Below, piece after piece: positions 28,501-32,348 of a stretch of 32,348 bases of DNA. The notes under the pieces were generated by a model. It was not told the origin of the DNA, did no database searches, and saw nothing but the letters and a program-made list of their open reading frames with translations. Numbering within the stretch: the stretch's first letter is position 1; every line of letters starts with the position of its first letter. The position numbers were made by a program, and so were the translations under genes. This DNA comes from Promethearchaeota archaeon. Its GTDB lineage: Archaea; Asgardarchaeota; Lokiarchaeia; Sigyniarchaeales; SOKP01. The stretch is taken from contig JBHLLU010000046.1 of NCBI GenBank assembly GCA_048938895.1, positions 1 through 32,348 of the forward strand, in the 5' to 3' direction.

Positions 28501-28751
28501 TTATCTTCTATAGCATTTTTTAGTACGTTTATTACATTTAATCTATCTTCAGGTAAAATTAACGAGGCAAGGCAGCAAATTATTCCTTCCTTCAAATCCT
28601 CAGGACTATAACCAGTCATTATTTGAAGCATGTCATTTAAGAATATCACTCGATTGTCGTTTTCAATTAATACTCTATATACTATTCCTGGTATATTTTC
28701 AACAAGCCTATAAAAAGAATTTTCTAACCCATTTACACCACTTGTAACCAT
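22503..28751 (-). CDS. Giant cytoplasmic sensor histidine kinase with 14 PAS/PAC domains
   Basis: 14 PAS units counted by DIT/NIT/DFS ends; H-box TSHELKTPL, NILSNAIKF, DNGIG, GSGLGL. Confidence 0.95.
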   Translation of the reverse strand: MVTSGVNGLENSFYRLVENIPGIVYRVLIENDNRVIFLNDMLQIMTGYSPEDLKEGIICCLASLILPEDRLNVINVLKNAIEDNVPFEAEYRIYNKDGELKWFYERGRPIRGDNGNPSYIEGVIFDITDRKVAEKKLKIYEESLKRMKNELEKRLNQENIGLRESEKKFKTIFDESPIGIELYDSNGKLVDTNESCLDIFGVSNINDVRGFDLFKNPNIPKDDLQKLRKGQVIRHEILFDFDLVKDLDLYKTKKSGKICIDLLISPLYLDKNTTISNYLVQLQDITDRKIAEQKLKALNKELDKEVRHQTIQLKKSEKQYKNLSTELSTILDHYPGLVFYKDTNNNFIRINQKVVDYYNSDTVGTKDNLTKRDIEGKNLSDLLPKDRAQTYWNEDLEVITSGTPKLNIEQSYNTEHGTKWFNTHKIPYFDDNGEIRGIIGFSLDITESKKAEQKLKDSENKFKLLFESIADPIHVIDADLKIMYMNPAFERWLKSFNLETNIVGKNPVELWPFIGENVNDEYQKVFKTKQINIREEWIQINNKNFYNETRKIPILKAGKVVQVITIIRDFSDRKKAELKLKESEKKFKLLYENAPLEYQSLDSNGNILEVNKAWINFFGYSKEEVIGKWFGDFIDSEYLAVLDTLFLKFKEKGEARGVEFDVIKKDSSHAIILLDGNINYDENGNFKQTHCIFHDITEQRQIQIELRENERLLKNAQELAQIGHWKLDPSTMELTGSDQLFKIFGLTHDKVPLEKYLKMIHPEDREMVLYYIRKGIEKGDTWDIEHRVFSKDGKEKLVHALGETAKNDDDKVILLMGTLQDITARKKIMEELRIKDIIFNASLSGQSTSDINGIIDHVNPSFLKMWGFKSKEEIIGKSVASFFANPNDVVPIFEVLNDTGKWEGEFLAKRYDGSTFISQGFASAIYNEKGEKIGFQSTNLNITKRKKAEQKVKSEKEKAQQYLDIAGVIIVALNQDQTVQLINQKGCEILEEEQSKIIGMNWFDNYIPQNVREQVRIDFNRILSGEIELLENYENEVITKSGQKRIISWYNHTLKNKTGQIIGTLSSGKDITAQKQAELKLKKSEEKFRKQNIFLNNILESLTHPFYVINVKDYKVILANSTASSTGLREGEYCYKLTHNRDTPCTTPCICPIDEVKKTKKSCIVEHIHYDREENEKIYEIYGYPILDENGNVVQMIEYALNITDRKLVQHELKKSEEKFRKQNIFLNNILESLTHPFYVINVKDYKVILANSTASSTGLREGEYCYKLTHNRDTPCTTPCICPIDEVKKTKKSCIVEHIHYDREENEKIYEIYGYPILDENGNVVQMIEYALNITDRKLVQHELKKSEEKYRHLFENSPYYIILFDKDGNFIDCNNSAVDIFGYPKEEFIGKNFREMPMNPPELLPLLENKMELLFKGEMLPPLQFIPNRKDGKKCWINSQASLIKLDNEFFMYNIGQDITERKKAERELKESEEKFRNFTEQSLMGIGIIQDNVIKYASKRLAEMYGYTVEELLNLEPYGFLRLIDPEFIKIVKEQATKKQLGQKEVIINYEVRCIKKTGEKFWVENYSKTINFNGKPADFITNIDITGRRVVEQEKKKINDFLNSFIENAQALVFVKNSNGIYQLVNKYYEDLFGLDRKEILGKTDNFIHPNHPKVAQKLLDNDKIVLDTNKVEIFEEIVIAKSEKHKFHTVKFPLYADKGDVSSVGAIAIDITELKETEEKLRESEEKYRLLFDNSPVGIGLTTIEGKVLDSNDAMVKLTGFSVEDLNKVGVSSIFSDPSQRSKIVKLMRSFGKLHDYEVKLRRKDNVEFFGAISFDLIELQGEKIIQISLRDITKSKKAELELIKLNNLKSELLRRTSHELKTPLVSIKGFSDLLLEMHNDKLDDYTVKKVNQIRIGCKRLESLVNDILKTAELESGMVELKKTKEDLSLLIKICVNELEGFLKLRNHTLNLKLSDNLICSVEKDQIHNVINNILSNAIKFTPSNGKIEINSEINNGFIIISIKDNGIGFSEEERSLIFKQFGKIERYGQGYDVISEGSGLGLYISKKIIEMHGGEIWVESEGRDKGSSFYFSLPIV
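24698..25499. repeat. Exact in-frame tandem duplication, 396-bp unit (132 aa, one PAS domain), 2 copies plus 10 bp
   Basis: 24698-25103 matches 25094-25499 with no mismatch found by eye. Confidence 0.93.
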
Positions 28752-29043
28752 TTATACGTCTCAACTCCAACAGATTAAAGAGAAAATTAAATATCATTTT
28801 TTTATTTTGCACAAAAAAATAATCGTGCCCGTATTATTTAACAATTTTGATAAATTATAAAATTAAGTAAATAATTATTCACAAATATATTGAATAAATT
28901 TGTCTTAATTTTAAAATTGAAATATAAATTTACAAAAATTATTTGCTGATTCTAAAGAAATGGAAAAAAAGATTGCATTTTGTCTAAATATTTATATTTT
29001 TTAAAAATGATTGAAAAGTTTTATGAAATGAAACAGAAAATTC

Positions 29044-29279
29044 AGTTAGATGATATGTCATCCCAGATATGGAGTGGCACTGAATCAGACAATGATGCTG
29101 TATTCGCAATACCCATTTCAGTCCATAATTAGTGAGAAACAGTGGAATAATGATATTATAAGACGTCCACCATCATCAAGATATTCAACTATATCATCAA
29201 AATAACCACCAATAAGATAGATAGGATTATCAACGATAATTAGTTTCTAATCCTTAAGACCCATTACTTGAACCTCTAA
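29044..29279 (-). pseudogene. Degraded coding remnant
   Basis: Minus strand reads MGLKD*KLIIVDNPIYLIGGYFDDIVEYLDDGGRLIIS and, after a frameshift, LWTEMGIANTASLSDSVPLHIWDD. GC is higher than in the upstream AT-rich spacer. Confidence 0.45.
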
Positions 29280-29429
29280 TAAGACAAATTTTTATAGATA
29301 GAAAAACTGTATCGACGACATAAAATCGAAAACCACCTACATCTGAATATGTCTAATGTTTATTATGTCAATTAGCTTATTATTACTATAAGTGTATTTT
29401 TAAGGTTTTAATCCAAATTAGTAGAGAAG

Positions 29430-30071
29430 ATGTTCGAACCAACTCCAAAGGAATTTGCAAACGTCAAACAACTCATTAGAGAAGCAAAATATGATAAAGC
29501 CCTTCAAAGATTAGAAAGTTTTGAAACTCTAAAGAGGAATTCACCTCAAGACATCGTCTTAATTCATTTACTTAAATGTTTTCTCTTTTTTGAACAAGCA
29601 TTATTCAAAAAAGCTTCTAAATTTGCCGAAAAAGTATATAATGAGAGTCTAGGATTAGAAAATAAAATTTTCTCTGTAGATGCTTTATTGATTCGTGCTC
29701 TTGCTTTATTATATAGTCGCGATTTAGAGACAGGTAATAAGTGCATTGAAAAAGGGGAAGTTCTACTCAATTCTCTAATACAATTGTCAGATAATACAAA
29801 GAATCGTAGAATGACTCTTCTTTTATATTTGAAAGGAATTCGTGCAGATCCTAGCCATACACCTCCTGGTGATGTAGAATTATCCCTTGAGTATTATAAA
29901 CGTAGCTTAAGTTTAGCTGAACCCCTTCATGAAGAAAATAGGGTCATTGCTAGTCTTATTCGTATTGCTTGGAATATTAGCTTTAACAAGGGTGACCTAG
30001 ATCTTGGTTTTCAGTATGCCGAGAGAGCTTTAGCTTTAGCAAGAGATCTTAATTATAAAGTTCTTTATTGA
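29430..30071 (+). CDS. Truncated TPR-like protein, N-terminal paralog of 30178-32145 (possible pseudogene)
   Basis: Colinear with the first ~215 aa of the next gene (MFE..PK, YK.SLSL.E, LIRIAW) and stops abruptly. Confidence 0.7.
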   Translation: MFEPTPKEFANVKQLIREAKYDKALQRLESFETLKRNSPQDIVLIHLLKCFLFFEQALFKKASKFAEKVYNESLGLENKIFSVDALLIRALALLYSRDLETGNKCIEKGEVLLNSLIQLSDNTKNRRMTLLLYLKGIRADPSHTPPGDVELSLEYYKRSLSLAEPLHEENRVIASLIRIAWNISFNKGDLDLGFQYAERALALARDLNYKVLY

Positions 30072-30177
30072 AAGAGAAATTCCATTATTTGCTTAAGATC
30101 ATCAGATTTAATATCAAATTTATCTTAATATTACATTAAATATACTCGTAGGGTTACAATCCTGATTAATTGAAAAT

Positions 30178-32145
30178 ATGTTTGAACAAGCTCCTAAAAA
30201 CCTCGAAAATGTTTTAGAAACCATTAGAGAAGGACAATTTAATAAAGCTACTCAAATATTAAGAAATTTCGAAAAGCAAAAGAAAATTTCAACGCGAGAA
30301 ACTGCTTATTGTCATCTTATGAGATGCTATCTCTTTTTAACGCAAGGATTATATAGAGATGCTGCTAATGTCGCTGAACAAACATATATTAAGACTATAG
30401 ATTTAGAGATAGATTTTTTAACAATAGATATCTTACTCTTTAGAGCACATGCTTTATTAGAGATGAGGGAAAATTTTGAAAAAGCTAAGGAATTAATCAT
30501 CCAAGGAGAGGAATTTCTAAAAACTTTAGTAGAAGAAACAGACATTAATAGGAAACGAAGAGAAGCGTATATTCATTATTTAAAAGGAATGTGTTCGGAT
30601 TCGTTATATACACTAACAAGTGATACCAATACTGCGTTAATGCATTATAAACTTAGTCTTTCTTTAAGAGAATCTGTTGGGGATATATATGATGCTAATA
30701 TTACACTCATACGTATTGCCTGGTTTTTTTTGCATAATGGTGATTTCAATCTTGCCTTAAGTTATATAGAAAACGCGATTCTCAATTTAAAAGACACTGA
30801 ATATAAGTTCATTATTTCATGGGCTCTTCATATTAAAGCCACTATCTACAGTGCTAAAGGGGAAATTTCTCAGAGTATTCCCATTTATAAGCAAAGCTTA
30901 GCATTATCAAGGAAACTTGATCACAAATTGGGAATCTCTGGTACTCTCAATAATATGGCTGATACTTTAAGAATGAGTGGTGATTTAGAACAAGCTTTAG
31001 AGTTTTCAAGACAAAGTGTAAGAGTATTATCGGAAATTGGTGATTTAAAACGTTTAGCTAGTAACCATGACTTTTTAATTCAAATATTAATCGAAAAAGG
31101 TGATCTTGAAAAAGCACAACAAAATTTCAATCAACTAGAACATTTAAACAAAAAATTGAATGATCGAAGTATTAATGAGGTATATCTTCTAAATAAAGCT
31201 TTATTATTAATTAAAAGATCGCGTATTAGCAATCATGGTGAAGCTGAACAAATTTTAAAGCAAATTCTTGAAGATGAGCATATAACATGGGAAATTAGAC
31301 TAAGAGTTTTGCTTACGCTAAGTGAATTATTCATAATTGAATTAAAGTTAACGGGGAATTTAGAAATTCTTGAAGAAGTAGAATCATTGATTTCTGAATT
31401 ATTAAAATTTGCTGAGAAATCACATTCATATTGGGTTTGGGGTGAGACTTTTCTTTTACAAGCAAAATTATCATTAATTTCATTGAGATTAAATGATGCT
31501 AGACGTTTATTAACTCAAGGTCAAAAAACTGCTGAAAAATATGGACTCAACTTATTAGCTCGAAAGATTTCTAATGAACACGATATATTGCTTAAACAAT
31601 TAGATATATGGGAGAATTTAAAAGAGTCTAAGGCACCTCTTACAGAACGTCTAGAATTAGCTCGGTTAACCAATCAAATGAAGATAATGATTCAAAAGCG
31701 AGTAATTGAACCTCCAGAAATTGGTGATGAAAAACCTATGCTACTTTTAATTGTATCTGAGGGTGGAAAACCTATTTTCTCTAGATCATTTATTGAAGAT
31801 CAAACATTCGAGGAGCACCTCATTGGGGGATTTTTAAGTGCCTTTAATTCATTTAGTGATGAAATGTTTTCTAAAGGTTTGGATCGTGCCTCCTTTGGTG
31901 AGTATACTCTATTCATGAATTCAGCCTCTCCCTTTTTAGTGTGCTATTTATTCAAGGGACAGTCGTATTCTGCTCAACGTAGATTGAATTATTTCTTAAC
32001 AAAAATTACGAGTGATAAGGATATTTGGGAAAATTTTAAAAAATATTATAAATTAAATCAAGAAATCCAATTTAAAGATATCCCCTCTTTAGAACCCCTA
32101 ATAACTAAAATCTTTTTTGAGGAAACTATTGACTTTAACGTTTAG
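30178..32145 (+). CDS. Tetratricopeptide repeat protein with C-terminal longin-like domain
   Basis: TPR-like repeats (KGEISQSIPIYKQSLAL, SGDLEQALEFSRQS); C-terminus LLIVSEGGKPIFS...LIGGFLSAFNSFSDE...LVCYLFKG. Confidence 0.85.
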   Translation: MFEQAPKNLENVLETIREGQFNKATQILRNFEKQKKISTRETAYCHLMRCYLFLTQGLYRDAANVAEQTYIKTIDLEIDFLTIDILLFRAHALLEMRENFEKAKELIIQGEEFLKTLVEETDINRKRREAYIHYLKGMCSDSLYTLTSDTNTALMHYKLSLSLRESVGDIYDANITLIRIAWFFLHNGDFNLALSYIENAILNLKDTEYKFIISWALHIKATIYSAKGEISQSIPIYKQSLALSRKLDHKLGISGTLNNMADTLRMSGDLEQALEFSRQSVRVLSEIGDLKRLASNHDFLIQILIEKGDLEKAQQNFNQLEHLNKKLNDRSINEVYLLNKALLLIKRSRISNHGEAEQILKQILEDEHITWEIRLRVLLTLSELFIIELKLTGNLEILEEVESLISELLKFAEKSHSYWVWGETFLLQAKLSLISLRLNDARRLLTQGQKTAEKYGLNLLARKISNEHDILLKQLDIWENLKESKAPLTERLELARLTNQMKIMIQKRVIEPPEIGDEKPMLLLIVSEGGKPIFSRSFIEDQTFEEHLIGGFLSAFNSFSDEMFSKGLDRASFGEYTLFMNSASPFLVCYLFKGQSYSAQRRLNYFLTKITSDKDIWENFKKYYKLNQEIQFKDIPSLEPLITKIFFEETIDFNV

Positions 32146-32202
32146 AGTCTTATACCAAAAGAAAAGAGAAAAGTGAAATAAAAAAAAAGAGTTTTTGTTT
32201 AA

Positions 32203-32348
32203 TTATTGAATTACAAAATTTTTACGTCTCTTGAGTAATGCCAAAGAAATTAAGCCCAAACTTAAGAAGACTGAACCAATAACAATATAAAAATCGTATC
32301 CGGGAATACCTCCTTTAGAGGATGCTGTAAATTTCCACATATAGGCAA
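32203..32348 (-). CDS. 3' end of a surface protein with IPGY-TM-basic (Loki-CTERM/PGF-CTERM-like) sorting tail; runs off the window
   Basis: Minus strand reads AYMWKFTASSKGGIPGYDFYIVIGSVFLSLGLISLALLKRRKNFVIQ*. Confidence 0.75.
   Translation of the reverse strand, partial: AYMWKFTASSKGGIPGYDFYIVIGSVFLSLGLISLALLKRRKNFVIQ

Noticed and set aside
29247-29249. In-frame TAG as pyrrolysine
   Set aside because: The same fragment is also frameshifted and there are no pyl genes in the window; decay is simpler.
1-32348. CRISPR arrays, rRNA/tRNA genes, transposases or integrases
   Set aside because: None recognised by eye; the only long exact repeat found is the intragenic 396-bp duplication.

Overview
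AT-rich archaeal DNA, most consistent with Asgard archaea (Lokiarchaeia). This is inferred from several roadblock and longin-like domains, a TPR-longin protein, an IPGY-TM-basic C-terminal sorting tail and multi-PAS kinases. The window has three blocks. (1) 509-11109: an Lrp/AsnC regulator divergent from a 12-gene operon joining a sulfur-carrier relay (tusA, dsrEFH-like, dsrE2-like, second tusA) to methanogen-type hdrCBA-mvhD, an MvhG-like subunit with no NiFe large subunit, and an FrhB-like protein split by a GltD/NfnB-like flavoprotein with a C-terminal wHTH. (2) 11432-28751: a divergent signalling island with an MglA/CvnD-type GTPase, four roadblock-domain proteins, a V4R-like protein, a GNAT, PAS histidine kinases and two RHH-HisKA-REC proteins lacking an ATPase domain. 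One kinase is a His-less pseudokinase fused to a longin-like domain; another has 14 PAS domains and an exact 396-bp tandem duplication. The island also hides a 41-aa three-Cys microprotein (18080-18205, absent from the ORF track) that is 23/35 identical to the GNAT C-terminal module. (3) 29044-32348: a decayed gene remnant, a truncated and a full TPR paralog, and the 3' end of a surface protein. All family assignments are by eye from motifs; no searches were run.
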